A stretch of DNA of 63,976 bases, the filler included, from Reclinomonas americana ATCC 50394 (lineage: Eukaryota): assembly GCA_048213135.1 (NCBI GenBank). It is 12 parts of 9 records of this genome, joined end to end, with 100 filler letters (N's around TTAATTAATTAA, not from the genome) between each part and the next. Parts side by side here need not be neighbours in the genome. Positions count along the whole stretch, not along the records: positions 1 to 9,103 come from PS015850.1; positions 9,204 to 26,263 come from PS015852.1; 10 more parts are not named here. One strand, 5' to 3'. Below the pieces are notes generated by a model. The model worked only from the letters and a program-made list of their open reading frames with translations, had not been told where the DNA came from and searched no databases. A program made the translations under genes and the position numbers. Below are positions 1 through 12,220 of this stretch, in pieces (the first letter of the stretch is position 1; the number at the start of each line of letters is the position of its first letter).

Positions 1-150
1 TTCTCTCTCTCTCTCTTTCTTCTCTCTCTCTCTCGCTCTCTTGTTCTCGCTTTGCCACTCTTCCTTCTTCTTCTCTGCACTGTTCTTCTCTCTTCCGTCT
101 CTCTTTCCCTTTTTTTCCTCACTTCCCTAATCTTCCCCTTTGCTCCCTAG

Positions 151-675
151 GCCCAAGTCGCCCGCCTGGTCGACTGCCCACACCCCGAAATCGAGCGCAT
201 TTGCGAACAACTGCGCGCCATGATTGATGAGGCACCACCGGTTGTCGAGGCGCTGGCCTACCGCCGTGCCTCCACACGCGACGCTGTGCGCACGCGCGTG
301 GTCCACGACATGCCGTTGGGATGTTGCGTTCTCGCTGCCTGAAAATGAGATGAAATGGTGCTGGCCCGGAGACTGACCTTGTCGAGCAGCTGGTCCGTCA
401 CTCGCCCTGCCTCCGATGAACTCTCTTCTCTTCCGACGAAGAAAGAGTAGTCCTGCCGCCGCCGCATTCATGACGGCACGAGGAGGCTTCCACAGTGTCG
501 GTGGTGGCATTTCACCACTGTCAATGGACGGCATCTCGCTCGTCAGGTGAGCCTCGTGTTTATCTCTTCTCTCCCGCACGAGCAAGAGCCTGGCATTTTT
601 GCCATTCGCTCTCTCTCCCTCTCTCTCTCTCTCTTCTCTCTCTTCTCTCTCTCTTCTCTCTCCTCTTCTCTCTCT

Positions 676-750
<75 letters not shown>

Positions 751-931
751 GCGAGCGCACTATCCCTCACACTCTCCTTTGACATCTCGTTTCTACCAAC
801 CAGTCTTCATTCTCTCTTCTCCCCATCCATCTCCCTTGCAATCAACTCGCACTCTGTCGAGCACACTCATCTCACACTCTCGTCGGACACCTCGTTTCTG
901 CCGACGAGCTTTCGTTCTCTCTAGCCTCGTT

Positions 932-975
<44 letters not shown>

Positions 976-1815
976 GTCATTCACGCACAGACACACACGC
1001 ACTGTCTCCCACGCCCACACTACCCGTCTTTGACATCTCGTTACTCTGCCTGTAAACCTGCTCTCTCCGCCCCACTTGTCTCTTTTTTGTCCCTCTTTGT
1101 GCGTCTCTCACTCTCTCACACGCACTCTCTCTCTCTCTCTCGCTTTCTTTCTTTCTTGCTTACTGCACAAATTTACGCACATCTACACCTTCGCTCCTCT
1201 TCCTTCCCTCCTCGTTTCCTCTTAAATCTCGCTCCCTTCTCCCTTCTCCCTTCTCCCTTCTCCCTTTCCCCCTTCCCCCTTGTATCCCTTCTCCTTAATC
1301 TCCCTTCTCCCTTCTCCCTTCCCCCTTCTCCCTTCCCCCTTTCCCCCTTTCCCCTCCCTCTCCTTCCCCCTTCCGCCTTTCCCCTTTCCCGTTTTTCCCT
1401 CGTATCCCTTCTCCTTAATATCTCCCTTTCCCCCCCTTCCCCTTTCAACAGTTCCCACGGCGACGACGACGACGAGGACGCCGCGGAGCTGACGCACACC
1501 TCGGACGACGGCCCGATTGGCCCCGCGCCAGTCTTTGCCGACTCGCCGTGTGGCGCGCAGCGCGGCTCCAGTGCTCGACGCACCGCCTCGCAAGACATGC
1601 CCTTCCAACTGAATGTCGACTCGAGCCAGTCGATCTCGGAGCTCGACGTCAACACGTGCGACGCCAGTCCGTACCCACTCGACGTGGGTGGCGACGCCGA
1701 GGAACGACCGGACAGCCCGCTCCTCTCGATTCACACGCCCAGCAGCCGCGGTGCAGTGAGGTTCGGACCTCGACGTGCTACCATTTGCGTGGTAGCACCA
1801 CAAGCGCACTGCTGA
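151..1815 (+). CDS. 3' part of a hypothetical spliced gene (exons ~151-?, ~390-546, 1452-1815)
   Basis: Polypyrimidine tract + AG before 151 and a GTGAGC donor at 547. Exon 390-546 (…GGISPLSMDGISLVS) joins in frame with the last exon SHGDDDDEDAAEL…VVAPQAHC*. No family recognised. Confidence 0.5.
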
Positions 1816-3477
1816 GAGCGCACACACGGAGGAGGAGGGGGAGGAGTGGGATGGGGTGGCAAAAAGTGGTGTTGTGGTTTCGGTTGTGTTTTGGCGAGAA
1901 AATGAGCAGGAGCAGCACCAGCAGCACCAGCAGCAGCGCACGCAGGAGGAGGAGGAGCGTCAGGCACACAGGATCGGCACGCAGGCATGCAGGCACGAGA
2001 AAAAAACAGACAAAAAAGTCTCTCTCGTGCCATCTGTGTGATTTTTCCGCCTCCCTTTCTCTTTCTCTCTCACTTTTAATTCTGTGCTCTGTTCTCTCCT
2101 GTCTGTTATTGTTATTGTGAGTAACTTGCGAAGTAGTACATAATCTAGTCACGTGTGATTTGCGAGGGGGAGGGGGCGAAATTCGTTCATTTTTTCGCGT
2201 CGCATGCGAGTGCACAGAGTCGATTAGGCACCGTTGGTGTAGTGGTGGGTGAAGAGGGCGTGTTCTACTGTGCGTAGGTGGTTGTTTTGTGGCAGGGGTG
2301 TGGCCAGTGTGTCTCTTTTTTTGTTGGGTGATCGATTTCTCTGTCGATTTTTCCGTAATTCTCCCGCGTTTGTTGCGTTCCTCACTCCATTCTAGCCGGA
2401 TGCTGTCGCTATCCTCTTTTGTCTCCTTCAACCTATGTGACTCCTCCGTCAATCTCTACTTTCTCTCACACATCGCCGAGCATTGCACTTGCTGCCTCTA
2501 TGTGGTTGTCATTTGACCGCGCTCCTCTGCTGCTCATTCTCAACCCTTTTCTGGTCGACTCGCTCTCTCAGCTATTTCAACTCATCGTTCTCACTCTCCG
2601 TTGTCCCTCTTGCCATTTCTCACTTGCCCATGCAATGCTGCAGTAATTGCAGCCCTTCTCTCTTTCTCTCTCTCTCTTTTTCTCGTTGTTGGCATGACTT
2701 GCCCCTCTATCTTTTCTCGCACTTGCCCATGCGATGCTGCAGTTATTTCAACTCTTCTCTCTCTTTCTCTCTCTTTCTCTCTTTCACATTCTTTGTTTGC
2801 CGCGCACCACTGCCGCATGTGATTAGTTCTCTCTCCTCTTGGTATTTCTTGGTTGCGGACTCGCTCCCGCAATCAAGAACACTCTCCTTCTCCCTCTTGC
2901 TTGCTCGCTCTCTTTCTCTCTCCCTTTCACTCGCTCCCACTCTTTCTCTCTTCCGCACACAAGCTGTCTAGCTCGCTACTTATTTGTATTCGCTTTCATC
3001 CCATCCCTTTCCTTCCCTTTCCCTTCCTTTACCTTTCTCTTCCCTTTCCGTTCCCTCCCCCTACTCCTTCCCTTTCTCCTTCGCCTTCTCCTTCCACTTC
3101 TCTCTTCCCTCTTTCTTCCTTTCTCCTTCCTTTCTCCTTCCTTTCTCCTTCCTCTTCTCTTTCCCGTTCTCCTTCCCCTTCTCCTTCCCCTTCTCCTTCC
3201 CCTTCCCCTTCTCCTTTTCCTTCCTCCCCCTTCGCTCCCCTTCTCCTTGCCCTTCTCCTTGCCCTTCTCCTTCCCTCCCCTTCGCCCTCCGCTCACTCCC
3301 TTTTCCCTCCCCTCGCAGCCTCGGTCCCGAACTCTCCGAATCACACGGTGAAAAGCACCCAAAACGACAGCGCGGCTCAAACCTTTACACCTCCATGCCA
3401 GTCATGCCATCGTGCGTCACCATCTCCTCTCCCTTTGTTTCTTTTTCCCCATCCTCTTACTGTTTTCCACCTTGCAG

Positions 3478-4536
3478 ACAAGCAATGGCACCCTACGCCG
3501 CCGTCAGCGCCGCCATGGGAGCGCGGCAACGGAGTGTCGACTTTGATGTGTCACCCGTGCAAGTACAAGTCACCCCGGAGCGTGTGGCGACCGCACCACC
3601 GCACGTCGAATCCGCTGCGTCCACCACCACCACCACGACAACAACAACAGCTACCGCTTCTGCGGCTGCCGATGCGGCTGGTGCGGCGGGCACGCCTACG
3701 AAGAGCCAACCGGAGTTGCTGTCGATTGGTGAGTAAGATGGGGGGGCGAAGTCTTCTGTGACTCGCATCTGTTCATTCTGGCTGTTCTTGCTTGCCTATC
3801 CGTCAGAATTTTGTGACAGAGAGAGCGCAGTGTGTGTCGTTGCTCAACTCTGCCCGTCGTACCATTACTCCTCTCTCTCCTGTCCGTTCTCAACATGGAT
3901 CCTGTGTGCAACACCTCGCATCTGTTCGTTCTGGCTTTTGTGGGTGCTGTTCTTGCTTGTCTATCCGTCGGATGTCTCGGGCAGAGAAAGTGCAGTGTGT
4001 CTTCGACTCCATTCTGCGAGTCGTATTTTTCCTCCTCTCAGTTCTCTCACTTCTCTCTTCTGAGGTTACATGGAACGTGTGTGCTGCACTACGCATCTGC
4101 TCGTTCTGGCTCATGAGGGTGCTGTTCTGCTTGTCTATCTGTCGGAATTCTCTGACAGAGAGAGCGCAGTGTGTGTCGTTGCCCAACTCTGCCTGTCGTG
4201 CTATTACTCCTCTCTTTTCTTCTCCGCTGCGGTAACTCTTTCTTCGTTTCTGTTCCCAATTCCCTTCGTTCATTTCCCTCCTTCCGGTTTCCTAATCCCT
4301 TCATCTCTCTCTTCTCTCCTTCGGTCTGTCTTGTCTCTCTCCATCGGTTTTCTTCACTCTTCACTTCTGTCTCCTTCTGTCTTGCATTCCTGCCTCCTCC
4401 GATCTCTCATCTATTTCGTTTCTGCATCTCATTCTTGCCTCTGCTCATCGTCTTGTTTTCTCTTCACTCGTCTGTCGTCCTTCCTCTTCTCGTTCCCCAT
4501 TCCTTTCGTTCCTCTTGCTCGGTCTCTTGCTCATGC

Positions 4537-4572
<36 letters not shown>

Positions 4573-5275
4573 CACTGTTTCTGGAATTCCTGTAATTCTA
4601 GATCGTAAATCATGCTCGTCTTGCGCAGCACCTCGATATCTGTATACGTGGGCTTTATCTTCCTGCCTCTCCTTCACTCTCCTCCCTCTCCTGTACTCTC
4701 TTCCCTCTCCTTCACTCTCTTCCCTCTCCTTCACTCTCTTCGCTCTCCTCCCTCTCCTCCCTCTCCTTCACTCTCCTCCCTCTCCTCCCTCTCCTTCACT
4801 CTCCTCCCTCTCCTTCACTCTCTTCCCTCTCCTTCACTCTCCTCCCTCTCCTTCACTCTCCTCTCTCTCTCCTTCACTCTCCTCCCTCTCCTTCACTCTC
4901 CTCCCTGTCTCTTTTCTCTTTTCTCCCTTTCCTCTTCTCCCTTTCCCTTCCGCCACTCACCTTCGCCTCGCTTGCAGTGCTCAGCCCACCCTACGCCGCC
5001 GAAGTTCTGACACCAGTTGCGAGCCTCTTCGCCTTGCCCCCTGCCCTTCTTTATCTGTCGCTCACGTTCCCCCTCTCTTGTGGCAGGTCGGCAAAGGCTT
5101 CTCCCCCTCCGGTGCCTCCGGTTCCGGCGACCTGTCAATAACAATCGGCGGTGGTGGCTCCTCCGACTCGGCCGATGACGACGCCCTGGCACAGACCACG
5201 CCACCCACTTCGCCGTCCAAGGCCGCCGCCGCTGCTGCCGCTGTTGTCGCCGTCAGTCCCGGTCGATCCAGATAG
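3478..5275 (+). CDS. Hypothetical low-complexity Ser/Thr/Ala-rich protein; exons 3478-3728 and 5087-5275, possible small exon near 4978
   Basis: CAG acceptors, a GTGAGT donor at 3729 and GC-rich coding-like sequence (MAPYAAVSAAMGARQRSVDFD…; VGKGFSPSGASGSGDLS…GRSR*). 5' end unresolved. Confidence 0.4.
3757..4215. repeat. Three degenerate ~150-170 bp tandem copies in an intron
   Basis: cgcatctgttcattctggct…tgacagagagagcgcagtgtgtgtcgttg recurs near 3764, 3917 and 4092. Confidence 0.8.
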
Positions 5276-5788
5276 CATCGGTTGCTTCTCCGTCTTAGTA
5301 TTACTATTATGTGTGTGGTTATTTGTTTTCATGTGTGTTTGATAGGCCTTACATAGGGAGAGAGAGAGAGAGAGAGAGCGCGCGCGCCACTCGTCAATGT
5401 TGCTTGTTGTGGATGGTTTCTGTTGCTGTGTTTCCATTGCCTTTGATGTTATTCGTGAGCCGAGAGCGAGTGTGCGCAGATTAGCAAAGACATAGGAGGT
5501 GAAAAAACGCGTCATGCGGTGGGTGAGAATGAAGACTCGTGCTGACGTGAAGCGGGGTGGGGGAAGCGGGTTGGAAGAGAGGGAAAGGGGAGAACGGAGC
5601 AGCGAGAGAGGGAGAGAGAGCAGTAATAGTGCAGAGCGAGAGGGGGGACGTTGGACATCCGTCATCTGCAACGCGCGCTCCTTGAGCACACTCTTTTATG
5701 TTCGTGCATTGCACACCCTTGTGCTCTTTGTCGCTTGGCTTCTCCGCTCAGTTGCGCTTTCCTTTAAACACACTCCCTTCGAATACAC

Positions 5789-6201
5789 TCAGAATTTCAA
5801 GTCAATCATATCCTTCTTGGTGACCACACCCATCAGTTCGCCACCCGGACCGGCGACAAAAGCGTGGTTCGTACCAAGCATACCAATCATGTAGTGCACC
5901 TTTGGCAGCGGCATCAGATCGTCAATCACCAGCGGTGAGGAGTCGGCCGGAGCCAGCAGACACCTGCACGCCATTCGATGTGAGTGAAATGTTCACAACG
6001 CAGCACTTGCGTGCCAACCACCACGTACCCTTCTTGAGCCATCAGCTCGATATTGGCACCGGGTGTGGCAGCACTGGCGGCAACTGGCAGGCCACTCGAG
6101 ATTTCGCCAGGTGCCTCAATGTCACTGCAAGTGGCCAGTCAGCTTGAAAAGTAAAGACAGAGAGGGACAAAAAGAGGGGGCATGCAAAAGAAGGAACACG
6201 A

Positions 6202-6244
<43 letters not shown>

Positions 6245-6451
6245 AAGAGACAAAGAGACAGAAGAGCGTGACGAGGAAGAGGCGCGAGTGAGGAGTAGGA
6301 AAGCATGCTGATAGAGTGGAGAGACACNNNNNNNNNNNNNNNNNNNNCGTACGTACGACGTACGTACGTACGTACGTACGACGTACGAGTACGAAGAGAC
6401 GAACGAAGAAGAAGAAGAACGGAAGAAGAAGAGAGAACGAGAACGGAACGA

Positions 6452-6496
<45 letters not shown>

Positions 6497-6650
6497 GAAG
6501 AGCAAAGAGACTGAAAGAGCTTGCAGGAAGAGGCGCCAGTGAGGATTGGAAAGCATGCTGATAGAGTGGAGAGACAGCAAGTGGGTCGAGGAGGAGAGTG
6601 CGTCACGGTGCTCGTGGCAGAGCAGGTCCTTGCTGTTTTTACACCGTGAG

Positions 6651-6682
<32 letters not shown>

Positions 6683-8437
6683 GATGATGAAACAGAGAGA
6701 CAGAAAGACAAAGAGGACAGACAGAGTGACAGGGAAACAGAGAGAGAGACACAAAAAAACACAGCGGGATAAAGAAACAGAGGGACAGAAAGACAAAGAG
6801 GACAGACAGAGAGATCGCGAGGCCGAGAGAGCGAGAAAGAGAGAATAAGGGAGACAGGATGTAAACGCACCTTTCGGCTGACAAACTCCTGTGTGATCGC
6901 TCTTGCATCTCCATCTCGCCTGCACAAACAATCGTGAGATGAGCAAGTATTGCAGGACGAACAATGGTCACAAGCAAAACGCACGATGCGTCTTGATCGA
7001 TGGGGCACGGTCACGAGGCAGGCGTGCCGGCGACAAGTCGGCCATGAGATCATGGACCGACAGCAGCGTGGCGTCCGTCTGTTTTGTCGTGCAAGAAGGG
7101 AGTCAGTAAAATGCACGCAGCAAAACGATTGCATGTGGGCAGGCCAACCTGATCGTCCTCCGACTCAGCATGGACTGTGCGAGAGAAGCAAATGATGAGT
7201 AGCCATCAGTGAGAATGAGGCGCACAGAAGCACTCACCGACAAACTGACGCGGCAACGCAGTGTCCCTTGTCAGCAGACTCGGGCGATCAAGGACGAAGC
7301 GGACGGTCGGATTCTGTGCTCGGTGTGCGAGTGAGAAGCGGGAGAAAAAGAAAGGCAAGCGCACTCACACATTCACATGCAAGGTATGTGAATCATGCAA
7401 GCAGCAATTCTCAAATCTCGATTCTCATCTTCTCCTCTCTCCACCATTCCTTTCCTTCTCCCTACACTCAGGAGAACACGGAAACAGCACATGGGAGCAT
7501 TCTAATCAAGTCATCAGTCGCGCATGGCACTCGAGAATCGCTCGCTTCTCACAACATACAATAGTCAGAGATAGAAATCGGCTACGATAGACGCAAATCA
7601 TGATTGTTGGTATCGAGAATCTAATTGGACCCACACACAACCTTCTCTTGCCATCGGCAGGCTTCTAAACATTTGAAGTGCGCATGCTCCCACTTTCCAT
7701 CCCATTTCACATCTTCCATCTCTCTGTCCCTCTTCCCCTGTCCCTGTACCCTCTTCCTCTGTCCGCTCGCTCGCGCCCGCTCCCTTGCCCTCGCATTTTC
7801 CCCTCAACCCCTCCATCTCCATCTCCATCTCCATCTCCCTCTTCCTCCTTCTCCTTTCTCCCTCTCTCTTCCTCCTTCTCCCTCCTATTCTCCTTTCTCT
7901 CTCCCTCTCCCTTGCCCTCTTCCTCTCCCTTTCCCTTCCCCCCCCCCACTCACCGACGAATACATGCCCGGGTTCCTCGCCAGCACCTCACGATAGCGAT
8001 CCACCACCTTCATCAGCAAACCATACTGCGCCTCGCCGACAATGACCTTCTCCTCTGTGTCGACAAATGTGAGTATCCAGGCAACGCAGAGAAGAAACCT
8101 TCCACCGAGCACAGCGCAACTCTCATTGTTGACAATCGGGTACGTCAGCTTCTTCACACGCTGGCACGTGTCCATCACCGTCTGCATGGTGGTGACGGAC
8201 TCGAAGTAGGCCAGAGACGGCCGCATAATGTCGGCGGCCACCAGCTTTGGATCGAGCTTCGAGTCGCTGTGATGAGGGTGAGTACGTGTGTGGAGACGAG
8301 AGAGCGGCAGCAACTCGATGACAAAACTGTCGGCGCTTGACAGGTGACATGAAGGGCAGGCCACGGAGGCGAAGCATTTGGTCGTAGATCGACGGCATCA
8401 GCGCGTTGGCGGTAGCGACGGCGCAGGTGGTGGAGAT
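5789..8437 (-). CDS. CLC chloride channel/antiporter, C-terminal part (last TM helices + two CBS domains); 5' exons missing
   Basis: ISTTCAVATANALMPSIYDQMLRLRGLPFM matches the CLC helix Q/R motif (SIYD…LP). CBS1 is AADIMRPSLAYFES…TYPIVNNE…IVGEA; CBS2 is PLVIDDLMPLPKVHYMIGMLGTNHAFV…GELMGVVTKKDMI. GT-AG introns. Confidence 0.85.
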
Positions 8438-9103
8438 CTGCAGTATGTTGAGACACGGACGAGAATACGGAAAGGGAGAGGAACTCGAAGGGCCATGCCA
8501 ACTCCCTCCTCATCTACACGGAAAGCGAAAACACGGACAGAGACAAGCGCCCACATGCGATCCACACGTGCACTCAGTTCTGTTTAGTACTACACGAACA
8601 CATTCTACTCCCTATTCGCTTGCGTGTGTTGCGCATCGCATACACACGCTATCTCGAAGACTCCATAGCTCCCGCAATTTGCACTGGTTCTCCCTTTGCC
8701 ACTTACACGCGCTTTCCTTCGTCTGCGTTACCTTCCTCGCCCATCTTCTTTCTTTCGCTCATTCCCTCTTTTCCTCTCTCTTCCATTCTTTCCCTGTCTT
8801 TTTCATCCCTCTGTCCCTCCCCAGCTTCCCCTCTTCTCCTCTTCCCATCTATTCCCTGTTCAGAGGCCTCTCTTCCGTGTTCCTTCTTCTCTCTCCGTCT
8901 CTCTCATTCTCACTCTCATTCTCCTTCTCCCTCTCTCTCCCTCTCCCTCGTTCCCTCTCATCCTCTCACTTCTCCATTCACCCCTCCCTCTCCCTCTCCC
9001 TCTCCCTCGTTCCCTCTCTCCCTCTCCCTCCCTCTGTGTGTGTCCCTCTCCTCTTGCCTCTCCTCTCCTCTCCTCTCCTCTCATCCCATCTCCTCACCCC
9101 TCA

Positions 9104-9203
9104 NNNNNNNNNNNNNNNNNNNNNNNNNNNNNNNNNNNNNNNNNNNNTTAATTAATTAANNNNNNNNNNNNNNNNNNNNNNNNNNNNNNNNNNNNNNNNN
9201 NNN
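9104..9203. other. Assembly spacer N-TTAATTAATTAA-N (also ~26264, 28841, 34042, 39475, 41316, 47390, 53211, 55134, 61402, 62752)
   Basis: Identical 12-mer with stops in all six frames inside ~100-nt N blocks. ZFAND1, the REJ gene and FNTB continue across spacers, but exons are missing at others, so true gap sizes are unknown. Confidence 0.95.
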
Positions 9204-9633
9204 AAGTTTCCTCAATCTCATCTCTCGGCTCCCCGTCTGCTTTTCTCTTGTTCTCCCGATCCCTAATGCATGCTGTCTACTCTCTTCGCAAATGTGCCTC
9301 TGCCGACTGTCATTGTCTCTTGTTCTTCCTCTCCTTTCTTTCTTCCTCCGTCGCCAAGTCTTGCAGGCTGCTTGTTCCCGTGCAAGTTCCCTCAATCTCT
9401 TCTTCCTCGTCTCCCTACCTCCCTCTCTCCATTCCTCCCTTGCGCCCGTCTGCTTCCACTGGAGTGTGCCTCTCTGGCCATTTCTTTATCTTGTTCCTTT
9501 CCCCCTTCTTTCTCAGTTCCAACAGTTTGCAGCCCACTTCGAATCCCGTCTTTCCCTCACCTCCCTTTCCTCCCCCTCCCCCCTTCCCCCTTTCCCTCTC
9601 TACCCCCTTCCCCTCCCTTCTCCCCTTCCGCAG

Positions 9634-11852
9634 ACCGCCACGAAGTCGTCACCCTCGAAGTCATTGGCGAGCGACCTGCACCACGCGCCGAGGCCGCCAT
9701 GATCACGCTCTTTCGCGACGCCACTCGCGCCATCCTCATGGGCGGCGCGGACAGCATGCAAGACTTTGACGACTGCTACCTGCTGACCATGGGTACGTGG
9801 GGCATGCTTCCTTCCCCTCCCCTCCCATCCCTCCCTCCCATCTCATCTCTCACGCGCGTGTCTCGCACACACAGTGGACCCACTGCAACCGGTGATTCAC
9901 TCACAACGACTCGCCTTTCGGGGTCCACCGCTTCCGCCACTGGCCTCGCACACCGCCGTCGCCTTCCCGCCCAACAACATCCTGCTGTTGGGCGGCCAGC
10001 ACGATCCACAAGAGAGCCGTAATATTCGTGGATTCGTGTTGGACCTGGACGAGGGCACGTGTTTCGAGCAGGCGTACGCGGGAGCCGTGCCGAGTTCGCG
10101 CGAGTCGCTCGCCGCGTGCTTGTTGGACGCGCGGCGCGTGTTCATGTGGGGCGGCTACCGTGGCTCGGGGCGGTTGGTGGAGAAGCATCCGTATGTGCTC
10201 GATCTCGAGACGTGGGAGTGGAGAACGGTGGAGTTTAGCGGGCATGCGCCGACCGAGCCGTACAGTGGGTCGTTGCGTGATGGAGGGAGAGGAAGGGGGG
10301 AGTAGCGAAACCATGACTCACTTTGCAAATGCAGGGCGGCGGTGATGGTCGAACCTGGACGCATGCTGCTCTTTGGCGGTGTATCAGCGCACTCGCTGTA
10401 CTCAAATCGGTTACTGCTGGTGGACACTGAGTCGGATGAACGTGCGTAAGGGAGAGAGAGAAAGGGAGGGAGAGAAACGAGAAGACGAGAAGAGAAGAAA
10501 GAAAGGACAGGAAAGAGAGAAGAAGAACAGAATGAGCACTGAAGAATGGAGAAGGAGGGTGACGGCAGGGAATGCTACCTTCTGTTCTCTCACCTCGACA
10601 CTCCACGACACGTCCATACGTTTCCCCATTTGTTTTCTTCCTTCCCCCTCCGCTGTGTCCTCTTTCTATTCCACTCGAACTCAATCCGTTCTCCACTTTC
10701 CGCTGCGCTTCACATTTTCTTTCTTTCTTCTCATCCCCCACGCTGCCCCTTCCGCTCACTTCTCCTCTGTCCCCTTTTTTTCATCATCGCCCACCTCATT
10801 CCCTCCGCCCTCCCCCTGTCTCTTCGTCTTCCTCTTCGCTTTCTGTCTTCCCCTTCCGTTGTCCCCTTCCGTCTCCTCCTTCTCCTTCCCTTCTCCTATC
10901 CCTTCTCCTGTGTCATCCCCCTTCTCTTCCCCGTTCGCCTTCCCATTCCGTTCATCTTCCCCTTCTCCTTCCTTTTCATACCACACGCTGCCCCTTCCGC
11001 TCATTTCTCGACTCCGATCACTTCTATAATATCATCGCCCTCCTCATTCCCTACACCCCCCTGTTCCGTCCTCTCCTACTTCGCCTTCCGTTGTCTCCTT
11101 CTGTCTCCTCCTTCTCCTTCCCTTCTCCCTCCCTTCCCCTGTATCTTCCCCCATCCATTCTCTCTCTTCTCTCGTCCCTTTGCCGTCACCCTTCCCCTTC
11201 TCCTCCCCTTTCATCTTCTCCCCGTCGCCTTTTACCAAGCTCCCTTCCCCCTTCTCTTCCCCATTCGCCTCCCCATTCCTTTCTGTCAACCCACCGTCCT
11301 TCTTCCCCCCTCACCCTTCCCCTTTCCCTCCCCCTTCCCCGTTTTTCCCCTTCCCCCTTCCCCCTTTCCCTTCCGTCTTCCCCTTCCCCTCACCCTTTCC
11401 CTCTCACTCCCCCTTCTCCGTCTCGCAGTGGTCTTCCGCACCTGGCTCGGCTCCCCCCTCGACGACTCAGTCTCTCTACCAACCGCACGAGAGAGCGGCA
11501 GCGTGGTGGCACTTCCACGCGGCCGCGCACTGATCAGCGGCGGCTGGGACGGCCATGTGACTCTCGGTTGCATGTATGTGGTGGAGGAAGGTGCGATGAA
11601 TATTCCCTCCCTCGCTCCCTCCCCCCTGCATGGCCACTCATTTTTGCGCTCCCTCCTTCATGCGTGGCAGTCTCACTGGAGCGCGAGATGCGAGCTCTGC
11701 TGCACGCATACGACGTCGGTTACACGTCGCTGCTGGAGGCGACGAGCGACAGCGAACTGTGGAACATCCAAATCGTCATGGCTGCCATACAGGTCGCCGT
11801 TCGGCACGGGATTGCGTACCAGCGTGCTTTCGTGTTGTGGGGTTCTTGGTGA
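9634..11852 (+). CDS. Kelch-repeat beta-propeller protein (5' partial)
   Basis: Repeated P..R….GG units: RPAPRAEAAM…ILMGG, PLASHTAV…ILLLGG, PSSRESLAAC…VFMWGG…YVLDLETWEW, MLLFGG…SNRLLLVDT and PTARESGS…LISGGWDG. GT-AG introns. Confidence 0.85.
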
Positions 11853-12220
11853 TTGTAGGTTTGATGTTGTTGTTTTGTTGTTTTGTTGTTGACTGTCAAG
11901 TGTAGTAGTGGTTGCCTTGTGTGTGTTATTGTTGAGAAAGGCGTCCGCTTCCACTGGCGACCGCGCAAAGGAGTGAGTTGATGTAGAGAAAGAATGAGTC
12001 TTCTTCTTGTCGTGCGGTGTGCCACCTCTGAAGTTCTGGTGAGTGCGAGTCAGCAGTTGCATTTTGCCTGCCAAATAATCCATTTTCTTCTCACTCCGCC
12101 TATGTGGACGCCCAGCGAGAGAGGCCTTGGCACACAGCACGCGCTCTGTCTGTCGCCCACCGTGTCCTGGTTTAAGGCGGATATAATCAATTTTATTTGG
12201 TGTCGGTGCGCGGTTTATCG

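Noticed and set aside
495..1440. Long ORFs of SLSL/RERE/PFP type here and throughout the window
   Set aside because: They are translations of intronic CT/GA microsatellites or N runs.
9148..9159. Recurrent TTAATTAATTAA palindrome
   Set aside because: Artificial six-frame-stop scaffold spacer.
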